64,000 nt of DNA from Eledone cirrhosa (taxonomy: Eukaryota): the NCBI GenBank assembly GCA_964016885.1, contig OZ024743.1:45384001-45448000 (forward strand), written 5' to 3'. Positions within the stretch are counted from its first letter, which is position 1. Every line of letters starts with the position of its first letter. The position numbers were made by a program, and so were the translations under genes. Shown here piece after piece: positions 27,778 through 41,185 of this stretch. A model generated the notes under the pieces. It was not told the origin of the DNA, did not search any database, and saw nothing but the letters and a program-made list of their open reading frames with translations.

Positions 27778-29434
27778 TCCCACATCTTCCCAACCCCACC
27801 ACTCCCCTCCTTCAAACGCGCACGCAATCTCCGCACCCTCCTCGTCCATAGCTCCCTACCCCCCAACCCCCCCCCGGTTCCTTTCCCTGTTCTAGGCCCC
27901 GCTGCAACACCTGTCCCCACATCACCAACACCACCACCTTCCAGGGTCCCAACGGCCACTCTCTCTCTCTGTCCGGAATGCTTTCCGCTGCACCTCCTCC
28001 AACCTAGTCTACGGATTTCGCGACTTACGTCGGACAGACGGGACGTCGCCTGGCGGACCGATTCACTGAGCACCTCCGGGATATTCGTCTCGGTGGTAGT
28101 TCCCCCATCGCCCGCCACTTTGGTGCCCCTGGACATTCCGCACGCCATCTCACAGTCTGTGGCTTACTCCAATGCCACGGAACACCCGCCAATCTCCTCA
28201 GAGTTGAACAAAGAACCATCTTCATCTTACAGACCCACACTCAACCCGGCCTGAACTCCCCACCCTTATTCCTTTAACCTTCGACCCCCCCCCCCTCCCC
28301 CCACACATATCTCCCACTAACACCACTAACACACCCCTCCTTTTCACCGCCCACCCCACAACTAACAATATTAACACCTCCACTCCACCCCTCATCCGAC
28401 CACCCTTCCCCAACTAGCATACTAACATCCCTCCCTTCTTCTCCTCCCCCCTCCTTATCACACGCACACACCCACCGGCACATATATACACGCGCTCACA
28501 CTAAACACACACCCTACTACCACCACTAACCCTCACCCCCACACATCCATCCCACCACCCCGCAACTAACATCACTAACACCCCCTGACCCCAAGCACAC
28601 GAACACACGCACCCACTTACACCACCCACCCCACACGCAACTAACATCACTAACACCCCCCAACCCCACGCACACGTACACACACACCCTCGTACACCAC
28701 CAACTCTACACACCCTACCACCACTAACCCCCACTCACACCCGCATTCAACCCTTTCTCCACCTCCCGTATACTAACACCCACTAACACCCCTTCATCAA
28801 ACTACACACACACCAGTACACCACACTCTCTCCATCGACCCCCACACCCTTCTCTCCCCGCTCCACCCACACCCTTTCTCCAACACTCACTCATCCCACT
28901 AACACCTCTACTAATACACACACACACCCTCCTCACTCCAACTTTCACACCTACCCATTCTCGCCCCTTTACCATTCCACCCTACTGCTGTTATGCCCTC
29001 TGACCACCTCCCAGCTCACACAGACACACAGCACTCCTACTGCCTTGACCACTTCCTGTTGCGCGCGCACCCCACACCTCTCCTCTTCCGACCATCTCTT
29101 CATGGATTACTCGTATGTGGACCTTAACCGCGGAATCAACTACCATCCTATGGGGTTTACCAACCATTCAACCACATCTTCTTACGGAATCACCTTTATA
29201 ACTCACCCACACTTACACCCCAAAAAGATTTTTTTTCCCACACCCCACCTACACCCACAACACGCTTAAACCCCACACATACGTGCTTTCCACCACATAT
29301 TCACACCTTCAGCCTCCGGATTCCTCTCCCCCCACCCCTCTATCCACACACGCACACACACTCCGACCTACACCCCACCCCACAAACACCTCTTCCTGAA
29401 CATGCAACCCCGTGTTTCCCCCAACCCTTGCTTT

Positions 29435-29477
<43 letters not shown>

Positions 29478-29840
29478 ACCTTCAGCCCTCCCCGCTCGGA
29501 CACCCCGTCGCCCTCTCCCCACTCCACCCGCCACCACCACTACACGCCCCACACCCTTCCACCACCTGTTTTACCCCATTTTAATTTTATTTTATTTTGA
29601 TCATGCTTTTATTTTTAATTTCATTCGCACCGTTTCCTCCCACCCCCTTTTCGCTATATGTCTCTCCACCACTCCCCTACACACCCTTAGAACTCTCTTC
29701 CCACACACTTCTCACCTGAGGAAGGGCTTATGCCCGAAACGTCGTTCCCCACCACCACCCCACTCTCAAGAGCGTGAAATTAATAAACATTCGTTCTACT
29801 GCCTCTCTGTTTCGTTCCTGTTCAAATTTTCCATTATATA
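27778..29840 (+). mobile_element. Partial upstream tandem copy (direct pseudo-LTR) of C-rich Penelope-like element E
   Basis: Direct repeat of ~32533-34590. Confidence 0.9.
29712..29748 (+). ncRNA. Minimal hammerhead of PLE E (also 34461-34495 + and 36255-36288 -)
   Basis: AC-CTGAGGA-A-GGGC-TTAT-GCCC-GAAAC-GTC-GT. Stem III is the palindrome ACGT; stem I is very short. Confidence 0.68.
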
Positions 29841-32800
29841 TAATACACGCTCACACGGCTTCCATTCCTTTGGAACATAACTTAACAACCGGCTCAACCC
29901 CGATCTACTCCGCCGTGACCACTCTCTGAACTTTACACACCTTCCCACACTTGTTCTTTCCTTCCACGCATTACCTTTGTTTGATTTTGTTACTGTACTT
30001 GTTTATTTCCGTATATGATTTCCTGCCTGTGTTCTTACAATTTTATTTCCATGATTTTTTGTTCACGATTGCCTGTGTTTCTACCTTTATGATTTTTTGT
30101 CTTTAATTTTCCTGTGTATACTCTACCCATCCTTACGTTTTTCTGTTTCATTTTCCCTTCCCCGTCCCTGCCTATCCTTCGCACTCACTCCTTCGTTCAC
30201 TCCACCCCGCTTCACACACCTGCTTTCTCATCGCTCCCCCTGCTTTCACCCAACGCCCACCATGCCCAGCCTGAGATCCTTTCTCCACCAACTACATACT
30301 AGCCTCAAACTTTTCCTCACCCCCCTCCTCCCAGCCTGCTATCTCCCCTCTGCCCTTCAACTCTCCTACCTTCTCTTCGCCAAAACCCGGCACTCCAGCC
30401 ACATCCATTTCCTCAACAATTGCCTACGCCTCCACCTTAACCCCCTCGGCTTCCGTCTACACTTCCACCCTTCCCCCGTCGCTTCCCCCTCCACGCAACG
30501 TATCCTCACCCGATCCTCACGCCTCCTGATGCGCAACTCCATCCGCGCCTCCCGTTCCAGCCTCCGCCTACTTGACCACCAACTGACCCCCACCCTCCTC
30601 CGCCTTAACTCCACCTGCCACCCCCTCCTCGCCCAAGCCATCCTCTCCTTCATCCAAAACCTCAACCACAACCTCTTCTCCTTCCTCAGCTCCACCAAAG
30701 CCCGCAAGCTACACTCACTCCTCCCAACCACCCCCATCCACCACCACCCGCCCATCCCCATGAGCCCACCACTCTCCACCCCTCCCTCGACCCAAAATCT
30801 CCCCCTCCACCTCACCCCCCCCCCCACACACACACACAACCAAACCCCACCACGTGTTGTCACCATATCCCCCTGACCTCCCCCTCTCCGCACCTGAGCG
30901 CTCACTCCTTAGTAGAGGCCTTCGCTTCATACCCCGCACTCCGCACAGCGACGGGTTCCGCACCCGAACAGAAGTCGAGCGATTCATGCGACGCACGAAG
31001 CTACAGGCACATTTCGGCCGAACGCCACCGGCTCCGGACGCCCCAGACCCGTTTCTCGCCCTGGGCCGACGACCATCTTCTTCGACGCCGGCCCCAGGGC
31101 AATTTAGCACCCTGGACGCGTTCGTCGATGCCAGCCGTAGCGCCGTAAATCGTTTCGACTTCCGCCACCGTTCCAAACGGAATAATATCTCACAGGGCGA
31201 ACTCCTCGCTCTCCGCTCCCTCCGTAGCCGAGATGACATCGTCATCAAACCGGCAGACAAGGGAGGCGCCGTGGTGGTGTGGCGCGCGGATCTCTACACG
31301 GCCGAAGCCCTCAGGCAGCTCTGTAACCCCATCTTCTACCGCCCTCTACCTTCCGATCACACACTCCTCTACCAACAACAAGTTTCCTCCACCATCCAAC
31401 ACCTTGTCGCCTCCTCCCTCCACCCCACCCCACCCCCAGCACTTCCCACCTCATCGTCCGCACCCCTCGCACCCCCACCATCTACTTCATCCCCAAACCC
31501 CGCAAACCCGACAACCCCGGCCGCCCCAACGTCTCCGCTTGCAACTGCCCCACCGAACTCATCTCCGCCTTTCTCGACTCCATCCTCGCCCCCCTTGTAA
31601 CCACCCTCCCCTTCCACATCTCCGACACCAACCACGCCCTGCGCCTTTTCGACTCCTTCACCTACCCACCCGGCCCACATCCCTTCCTCTTCACCCTAGA
31701 CATCAAGTCCCTCTATACAGTCATCCCCACGCCGACGGTCTTCGCGCCCTCAAACACTACCTCGACCTTCGCCCCTCCCCCATTCCCTCCACCCCCACCC
31801 CCCTTCGCCTCGCCGAGCTGATCCTTACCCTGAATTGTTTCTCCTTCTCGGGTGAGTTTTACCAACAGGTCACATGGGGTAGCCATGGGTACAAGAATGG
31901 GCCCGAACTATGCCAACCTTTTTGTTGGCCATGTTGAGGCCCAAATCTTTGCCCAGTACACCGGCCCCACGCCCGAACTGTACGGTCGTTACATCGACGA
32001 CTGTATCGGAGCCACGACCCTCACCCGAGAACAGCTCGACTCCTTTCTCTCCTTCTTCTGCTCCTTCCACCCCTCCCTCCACTTCACCACCTCTATCTCC
32101 ACCACCCACGTCCACTTCTTAGACATCTCCGTCGCCTTCGACCCCTCCCACCACTCCCTCGTTACCTCCGCCTTCTTCAAACCCACCGACTCCCATTCTT
32201 ACCTCGACTTCACCTCTTCCCACCCAACATACACTAAACACTCTATTCCCTACTCCCAACTCCTCAGGATCCGCCGCCTCGGTAGCCGAGATGCTGACTT
32301 CGAGTCCCAGGCCCTTTCCCTAGTCAGCCATTTCATCCGCAGAGGTTACCCCCTCTCTCTCCACACCGCTCTCACCCGCGCCCGTGCTGTCCCCCGCTCC
32401 ACCACCCTCACCCCACGCCACCGCACACCCACCCACCGTCTCCCCTTCCCCAACAACTACCACCCCTCCACCTTACTCCTCCACCGCACCATCCGCCGCC
32501 TCTTCCGACGCCTCCAGTCCGACCCCTCCACCTCCCACATCTTCCCAACCCCACCACTCCCCTCCTTCAAACGCGCACGCAATCTCTGCACCCTCGTCGT
32601 CCACAGCTCCCTACCCCCCAACCCACGCTCCCACACCCGGTTCCTTTCCATGTTCTAGGCCCCGCTGCAACACCTGTCCCCACATCACCAAAACCACCAC
32701 CTTCCAGGGTCCCAACGGCCACTCTCTCTCGGTCCGGCATGCCTTCTGCTGCACCTCCTCCAACCTAGTCTACGGATTTCGCTGCACGGAGTGCAGCGCG

Positions 32801-34590
32801 ACGTACGGCGGACAGACGGGACGTCGCCTGGCGGACCGATTCACTGAACACCTCCGTGATATTCGTCTCGGTGGTAGTTCCCCCATCGCCCGCCACTTTG
32901 GTGCCCCTGGACATTCCGCACGCCATCTCACAGTCTGTGGCCTACTCCAATGCCACGGAACACCCGCCAATCTCCTCAGAGTTGAACAAAGAACCATCTT
33001 CATCTTACAGACCCATACTCCCCCGGCCTGAACTCCCCACCCTTATTCCTTTAGCCTTCGACCCCCCCTCCCCCCACACATATCCCCCATTAACACCACT
33101 AACACACCCCTCCTTTTCACCGCCCACCCCACAACTAACAATATTAACACCTCCACTCCACCCCTCATCCGACCACCCTTCCCCAACTAGCATACTAACA
33201 TCCCTCCCTTCTTCTCCTCCCCCCTCCTTATGACACGCACGCACCCACCGGCACATATATACACGCGCTCACACTAAACACACACCCTACTACTATCACT
33301 AACCCTCACCCCCACACATCCATCCCACCACCCCGCAACTAACATCACTAACACCCCCTGACCCCAAGCACACGAACACACGCACCCACTTACACCACCC
33401 ACCCCACACGCAACTAACATCACTAACACCCCCAACCCCACGCACACGTACACACACACCCTCGTACACCACCAACTCTACACACCCTACCACCACTAAC
33501 CCCCACTCACACCCGCATTCAACCCTTTCTCCACCTCCCGTATACTAACACCCACTAACACCCCTTCATCAAACTACACACACACCAGTACACCACACTC
33601 CCTCCATCGACAGCCACACCCTTCTCTCCCCGCTCCACCCACACCCTTCTCCAACACTCACTCATCCCACTAACACCTCTACTAATACACACACACACCC
33701 TCCTCACTCTAACTTTCACACCTACCCATCCTCGCCCCTTTACCATTCCACCCTACTGCTGTTATGCCTTCTGACCACCTCCCAGCACACACAGACACAC
33801 TGCACTCCTACTGCCTTAACCACTTCCTGTTGCGCGCGCACCCCACATCTCTCCTCTTCCGACCATCTCTTCGTGGATTACTCGTATGTGGACCTTGACC
33901 GCGGAATCAACTACCATCCTAGGAGTTTACCAACCATTCAACCACATTTTCGGAATCACCTTTATAACTCACCCCCACTTACACCCAAAAAACATTTTTT
34001 TTTTTCCACACGCCACCTACACCCACAACACGCTTAAACCCCACACACACGTGCTTTCCACCACATATTCACACCTTCAGTCTCCGGATTCCTCTCCCCC
34101 CACCCCTCTATCCACACACTCCGACCTACACCCCACCCCACACAAACGTCTTCCTGAACATGCAACCCCGTTCTTCCCCCAACCTTTGCTTTCACATACA
34201 CACACACACACACGTACACCTACACACCACCTTCAGCCCTCCCCGCTCGGACACCCATCTCCCTCTCCCCACTCCACCCGCCACCACCCCTACACGCCCC
34301 ACAACCTTCCACCACCTGTTTTACCCATTTTAATTTTATTTTATTTTGATCATGCTTTTATTTTTAATTTCATTCGCACCGTTTCCCCCCACCCTTTTTT
34401 CGCTATATGTCTCTCCACCACTCCCCTACACACCCTTTGAACTCTCTTCCCACACACTTTTCACCTGAAGAAGGGCTTATGCCCGAAACGTCGTTCCCCA
34501 CCACCACCCCCACTCTCGAGAGCGTGAAATTAATAAACATTCGTTGTACTGCCTCTCTGTTTCGTTCCTGTTCAAATTTTCCATTATATA
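29841..34590 (+). mobile_element. Full-length Penelope-like element E (Neptune-like), frameshifted
   Basis: N-terminal H..FL..C motif, KPADKGG, GVAMGTRMGPNYANLF, RYIDD, HFLDI, CSRPRCNTC linker, and GIY-YIG-like VYGFRC..YGGQTGR. Ends in (TA)n. Confidence 0.92.
30261..33031 (+). pseudogene. PLE E RT-GIY-YIG polyprotein, several frameshifts
   Basis: Assembled from ORFs 30097..30876, 30854..31600, 31233..31937, 31852..32658 and 32384..33031. Confidence 0.85.
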
Positions 34591-34606
34591 TATATATATA
34601 TATATA

Positions 34607-35025
34607 GTTTAGCGAGGTTTTTTATATGAAATCGTGTGTCGAAACAAATATTGTTATACTTGGGGAGGGTCATATTTGTGTAATATTGCCAGAATTAATA
34701 ACAGAACACACTCACTGTTTGGTTGGTTTTCGCTTCTCGCTGTCTTTTATATCTGCGATCTAAAAATATAACACCACTGACGATGTTGCAGATGTGCAAC
34801 GAAATATTTATGTAAATTATGTAAACTATATATATGTGTTTGTGTCTATATTGTATCTGTATTATTTTTGACCGTCGGTCAGTCAATGGCAACATTGAGG
34901 ACCGATTAAGTTAGATCGCAGATATAAAAGACAGCGAGAAGTGAAAACCAACCAAACAGTGAGTGTGTTCTGTTATTAATTCTGGCAATATTACACAAAT
35001 ATGACCCTCCCCAAGTATAACAATA
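34607..35025 (+). mobile_element. Very short PLE D insertion forming a fold-back (arms ~34649-34763 and ~34911-35025)
   Basis: Matches 26719-26950 and 27642-27762. HHR core at 34773-34804. Confidence 0.8.
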
Positions 35026-35037
35026 TATATATATATA

Positions 35038-35503
35038 TATTCATTAGTTAAGCAAAACAAGACCACATATTTTACAAGGAAGACATTATTAAAAGATTGT
35101 CAACATATTTTAGTTTGATGTAAGGAATGTAGAGAATAATAATAATAATATTAATAATAATTGTTTCTACTTTTGGCACAAGGCCATCAATTACCCAGTA
35201 CATTACTGGTACTTTATTTTATCGACCCCGTAAGGATGAAAGGCAAAGTTAACCTCGGCGGGATTTGAACTCAGACTGTAAAGGGAGGACGTAACTATGC
35301 TGGAAAGCATGGCGTCCGACCCTCTACCGATACTGCCAATCCACACCCGAATATAAATAATAATAATAATATCCGTTTACAATTGTTTCGCTACTCCATA
35401 TAATATTTCTGGATCCTTACATCAAACTAAAATATGTTGACAATCTTTTAATAATGTCTTCCTTGTGAAATGTGTGGTCTTGTTTTGCTTAACTAATGAA
35501 TAT
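35038..35503. repeat. Inverted repeat (~88-bp arms) with a SINE in the spacer
   Basis: 35038-35126 is the reverse complement of 35414-35503. Confidence 0.85.
35160..35348 (-). mobile_element. SINE family 1 copy flanked by (TAA)n
   Basis: Reverse complement of the family 1 consensus. Confidence 0.8.
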
Positions 35504-35679
35504 GTCCAGCTCTGCGCACCTAACTTCTGCATGAACCCAGCCACCTAGCTGCTTTCTACTGATATTGCACATTGAGCACATGCTTTTACGCTTTGGCTTC
35601 TAACTAATTCACCAATCTCTCCGCTCATATCTCCTCTCCTATCTCCATCTCTCTCTTTAAGATTGGTTACTCTTGAACT

Positions 35680-35780
35680 GTGTATATATATATATACATA
35701 TATATATGTATGAATGTGGGTATATTTATGTATATGTATATGTGTATATATGTATGTATATATGTATATATATGTGTATA

Positions 35781-35833
<53 letters not shown>

Positions 35834-35936
35834 GTATATATGTGTATATGTGTGTATATATATATATATGTGTGTGTATGTATACGTATGTATGTGTGTG
35901 TGTATGTATGTGTATTTGTATGTATGTGTATGTATG

Positions 35937-35968
<32 letters not shown>

Positions 35969-36164
35969 AGTGTATGTATGTGTGTGTTTATATATGTATA
36001 TATATATATATAGATAGATAGATAGATAGATATATGTGTGTATATGTATGTGTATATGTATGTGTATATGTGTGTATGTGTATATATATATGTATATATA
36101 TGTGTGTATATACATGTCTATATATGTGTATATGTATGTGTGTATATGTATATATATATATATA
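35680..36164. repeat. Compound TA/TG microsatellite
   Basis: Direct reading. Confidence 0.95.
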
Positions 36165-38713
36165 ATGGAAAAATTTGAACAGGGACAAAACAGAGAGGCA
36201 GTACAACGAATGTTTATTAATTTCACGCTCTTGAGAGTGGGGTGTTGGTGGGGGACGACGTTTCGGGCATAAGCCCTTCCTCAGGTGAGAAGTGTGTGGG
36301 AACAGAGTTCAAAGGGTGTGTAGGGGAGTGGTGGAGAGACATATAGCGAAAGGAAACGGTGCGAATGAAAAAATAAAATATAAAGATAAAAATAAAAATA
36401 AAGCATGATCAAAATACAAGGAATGAGATAAATTTAAAAATAAAGGCATGATCAAAATAAACTGAAATTAAAAGGGGGGTAAACAGGTGGTGGAAAGGTG
36501 TGGGGTGTGTAGGTGGCAGGTGGTGGCGGGTGGAGTGGGGAGAGGGAGACGGGGTGTCCGAGCGGGGTGGGTGGTATAAGTGGGTGCGTGTGTTCGTGTG
36601 CTTGGGGTTAGGGGGTGTTAGTGACGTTAGTTGCGGGGTGGTGGGATGGAGGTGTGGGGGTGAGGGTTAGTGGTGGTAGTAGGGTGTGTGTTTAGTGTGA
36701 GCGCGTGTATATATGTGCCGGTGGGTGTGTGCGTGTGATAAGGAGGGGGCAGGAGGAGAAGAGGGGAGGGAAGGGATGTTAGTATGTTAGTTGGGGAAGG
36801 GTGGTCAGATGAGGGGTGGAGTGGAGGTGTTAGTATTGTTAGTTGTGGGGTGGGCGGTGAAAAGGAGGGGTGTGTTAGTGGTGTTAGTGGGGGATAAGTG
36901 TGGGGGAGGGGGGCGGTCGAAGGCTAAAGGAATAAGGGTGGGGAGTTCAGGCCGGGGGGAGTGTGGGTCTGTAAGATGAAGATAGTTCGTTGTTCGACCG
37001 TAAGGCGATTGGCGGGTGTTACGTGGCACTGGAGTAGGCCACAGACTGTGAGATGGCGTGCGGAATGTCCAGGGCCACCAAAGTGGCGGGCGATGGGGGA
37101 ACTGCCCCCGAGACGAATATCCCGGAGGTGCTCCGTGACTCGGTCCGCCAGGCAACGTCCCGTCTGTCCGACATGAGCGAAGTCCGTAGACTAGGTTGGA
37201 GGAGGTGCAGCAGAAGGCATGCCGGACAGAGAGAGAGTGGCCGTTGGGACTCTAGAAGGTGGTGGTGTTGGTGATGTGGGGACAGGTGTTGCAGCGGGGC
37301 CTAGAACAGGGAAAGGAACCGGGGGGGAGCGTGGGTTGGGGGGTAGGGAGCTGTGGACGAGGAGGGTGTCGAGTTTGCGTGCGCGTTTGAAGGAGGGGAG
37401 TGGTGGGCTTGGGAAGATGTGGGAGGTGGAGGCGTCGGACTGGAGGCGTCGGAAGAGGCGGCGGATGGTGCAGTGGAGGGGTAAGGTGGAGGGGTGGCAG
37501 GTGATGGGGAAGGGGAGACGGTGGGTGGGTGTGCGTTGGCGTGGGGTGAGGGTGGTGGAGCGGGGGACAGCACGGGCGCGGGTGAGAGCGGTGTGGACGA
37601 GAGAGGGGGGGTAACCTCTGCAGATAAAATGGCTGACTAGGGAAAGGGCCTGGGACACAAAGTCAGCATCATGGCTACAGAGGCGGCGCGTCCTGAGAAG
37701 TTGGGAGTAGGGATTGGAGTGTTTAGTGTGGGTGGGGTGGGAAGAGGTGAAGTCGAGGTAAGAGTGGGAGTCGGTGGGTTTGAAGAAGGCGGAGGTAACG
37801 AGGGAGTGGTGGGAGGGGTCGAAGGCGACGGAGATGTCTAAGAAGTGGACGTGGGTGGTGGAGATAGAGGTGGTGAAGTGGAGGGAGGGGTTGAAGGAGC
37901 AGAAGAAGGAGAGAAAGGAGTCGAGCTGTTCTCGGGTGAGGGTCGTGGCTCCGATACAGTCGTCAATGTAACGACCGTACAGTTCGGGCGTGGGGCCGGT
38001 GTACTGGGCAAAGATTTGGGCCTCACATGGCCAACAAAAAGGTTGGCATAGTTCGGGCCCATTCTTGTACCCATGGCTACCCCATGTGACCTGTTGGTAA
38101 AACTCACCCGAGAAGGAGAAACAATTCAGGGTGAGGACCAGCTCGGCGAGGCGAAGGGAGGTGGGGGTGGAGATAATGGGGGAGGGGCGAAGGTCGAGGT
38201 AGTGTTTGAGGGCGCAAAGGCCGTCGGCGTGGGGATGACTGTATAGAGGGACTTGATGTCTAGGGTGAAGAGGAAGGGCTGTGGGCCGGGTGGGTAGGTG
38301 AAGGAGTCGAAAAGGCGCAGGGCGTGGTTGGTGTCGGAGATGTGGGAGGGGAGGGTGGTGACAAGGGGGGCGAGGAGGGAGTCGAGAAAGGCGGAGATGA
38401 GTTAGGTGGGGCAGTTGCAAGCGGAGACGATGGGGCGGCCGGGGTTCTCGGGTTTCTGGAGTTTGGGTAGGAAGTAGATGGTGGGGGTGCGGGCGGGTGC
38501 GGACGATGAGGTGGGAAGCGGTGGGGCCAGGAGGGAGGAGGCGATAAGGTCTTTGATGATGGAGGAGACTTGTTGTTGGTAGAGGGGGGTGGGATCGGAG
38601 GGTAGAGGGCGGTAAAAGAGGGGGTTACAGAGCTGCCCGAGGGCCTCGGCCGTGTAGAGGTCCGCGCGCCACACCACTACGGCGCCTCCCTTGTCCGCCG
38701 GTTTGATGACGAT
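36165..38713 (-). mobile_element. 5'-truncated copy of PLE E inside a microsatellite
   Basis: Begins at IVIKPADKG; ORF 37191..38420(-). Same 3' end TTCCATTATATA. Confidence 0.92.
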
Positions 38714-38945
38714 ATATATATATATATATATGTGTGTATATTTATATGTATGTATGTTTGTATATATGTATGTATATGTATGTGTATATATATGTAAGTG
38801 TGTATGTATGTGTATGTGTATGTATATATATATCTATGTATGTTTGTGTATGGGTATGTATATATATATATATATGTGTGTATGTGTGTGTATGTATATA
38901 TATATTATATATATATATATGTATGTATGTGTGTATGTGTATGTA

Positions 38946-39042
<97 letters not shown>

Positions 39043-39274
39043 GTATGTATATATGTGTGTATATATAAGCATATGTATGTGTGTATGTGTATGTATGTGT
39101 ATATATGTATGTATGTGTATATATATATATATGTATATGTATATGTGTATGTATATATATATATGTATGTATATATATATATATACATGTATATATATAT
39201 ATACATGTATATATATATATATACATACATATATATATATACATACACATATACATATATATATATACATATAC

Positions 39275-39363
<89 letters not shown>
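38714..39363. repeat. Compound TA/TG microsatellite
   Basis: Direct reading. Confidence 0.95.
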
Positions 39364-39367
<4 letters not shown>

Positions 39368-40045
39368 GAAAGAAGAGTGACACGGTTTGCTATACAAAAA
39401 CGGTTTTTAATCTCATTGCTGACAATTGTTTCTCTGAACTGGTAGGTCTAGATCGCTACCCGCTTGTTTTCGCGTCATTCGATCATCAATACATAGTTGT
39501 AACCAGTCAATTCATCAGAGCTTGTGAGAATGAAAGGAATATACAGGCATGGCTTCTATATATAGTAATGGCATTCAATCAGAACAATAACAACAATACT
39601 AACAATGCTAGCAATAAATTATTTGAAATAATCACAACATCAATCTAAGTAAGAAACAGTATATCTACGACTTTAGCGTGTAAAACTAGCTGTCATGAGG
39701 CGGATGTACGAAATTGACATGTAAAAGCTGTCATGGGATGTATTATATATAATATAGAGATAAGCCGGTGGCTTTAAACAATGTACCATTTCCTTTACTG
39801 TAGGTCTGGTGACCGTAAGAATTATTTATTATCTGACAGATGAAATATTTATCATTGTAGTGAGGATAGTAATATTTGTGGTGTGAGGTGGGTTCAATAT
39901 TTATGTGGTCTATATTAGATGAAGGGATTGTTAGTTCGAATCATGGGGTTGTTTAGCTTTCACCTCATCAATAACATACATGTATAAGATAACATTAACA
40001 GAGTAGCAATATAATAGGTAAGTTAATACAGAGGTTAAGGAAGCA

Positions 40046-40077
<32 letters not shown>

Positions 40078-40486
40078 TTAAAGAGAAAACATGCTGATTA
40101 CAATTATAACAGGAGGAAGGTGATGCTTTACTGTAGTAGTATTCTGAAATGTACTTAGATTTAGGTGTAGTCCAGTTAGGGTACTCCGAATAGTGGATGA
40201 TATCAATGCTTGGCTAGGTTTGACTCAACAAGGCGTTTCCATAGCGATGCTGCGAGTACGCGGTGATTTCTATGTTGTTAACACTTGGAGTAATGATAAA
40301 TCAGGAACGAAGAGTGACACGGTTTGCTATACAAAAAAGGTTTTTAATCTCATTGCTGACAATTGTTTCTCTGAACTGGTAGGTCTAGAGATCGCTACCT
40401 GCTTTTTTTCGCGTCATTCAATCACCAATACATAGTTATAACCAGTCAATTCATCAGAGCTTGTGAGAATGAAAAGAATATACAGG
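39364..40486 (-). mobile_element. Inverted, partly tandem (~937-bp period) non-coding pieces related to the PLE C 3' region
   Basis: 39364 and 40301 start with near-identical sequence. Both are reverse-complement matches to ~47480-48100. Confidence 0.75.
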
Positions 40487-40749
40487 TAAAGGAAAAGAAT
40501 GTTTCTCTTTGTTGAATAAATAAATGAACAATCAAATCTAACGATCATTTTTTTAAATGCGATAATTTAATAAATTTCCTACAACGTCAATATTTTGAGG
40601 AGCGAATCCTTTCACGTCTGTTCATGTCCGCGGTCCAAAGAGACTGAGGGAACTTGCGTCTGTGACCGGATGTATATTGCCTCCGCTCTCTGAAGAGTTG
40701 TTAAGGGGAGGCAACTGCTAGTTTCTAAGCGACCATCTCAGTCACTACA
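40487..40749 (-). repeat. 3' LTR-like segment (263 bp)
   Basis: Starts TGTAGTGAC directly after AAAAAATCTGCTCCGAGGTGAA. Shares AGTTGCCTCCC and TCCGGTCA with the LTRs at 10442 and 12286. Confidence 0.7.
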
Positions 40750-41185
40750 TTCACCTCGGAGCAGATTTTTTGTCGAAAAATCGTTAACAATGAAGCGAAG
40801 ATAGTTTACAAAATGTAGAAGCATGTATCAACAAATTATGAAAAAAAAGAAAAAAAAAAAAAGAAATAGGTTCATATCTGCAAGCATTAACACAGAAAAA
40901 AAACGTACAGTAAAAGATGCAAAATGCATGAAAAGATAACACTCTTCGCAATAAAGGGGCCCCAAATGCGATAAACAAGAAAAAATTGTTTTGCTAGGCA
41001 ATGAAAATGCCATATGTAGCATAGTTATAAAAATGCACTAAAAAAATGGACTGTGTCAGAATTGACAACAGTCGTAATGTTACGAAAAATATAATATATT
41101 GACACTGCCGTAGGCAATCAAGAATCAAAAAGTAACAAAATGCAATATACAGCAAAAACAATTGGAAGAAAAAAAAGAATACAAC

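Noticed and set aside
35371-35432. Minus-strand GAAAC-AATT-GTA-AAC hammerhead half
   Set aside because: The upstream core reads TGATGTA rather than CTGANGA; too degenerate to call.
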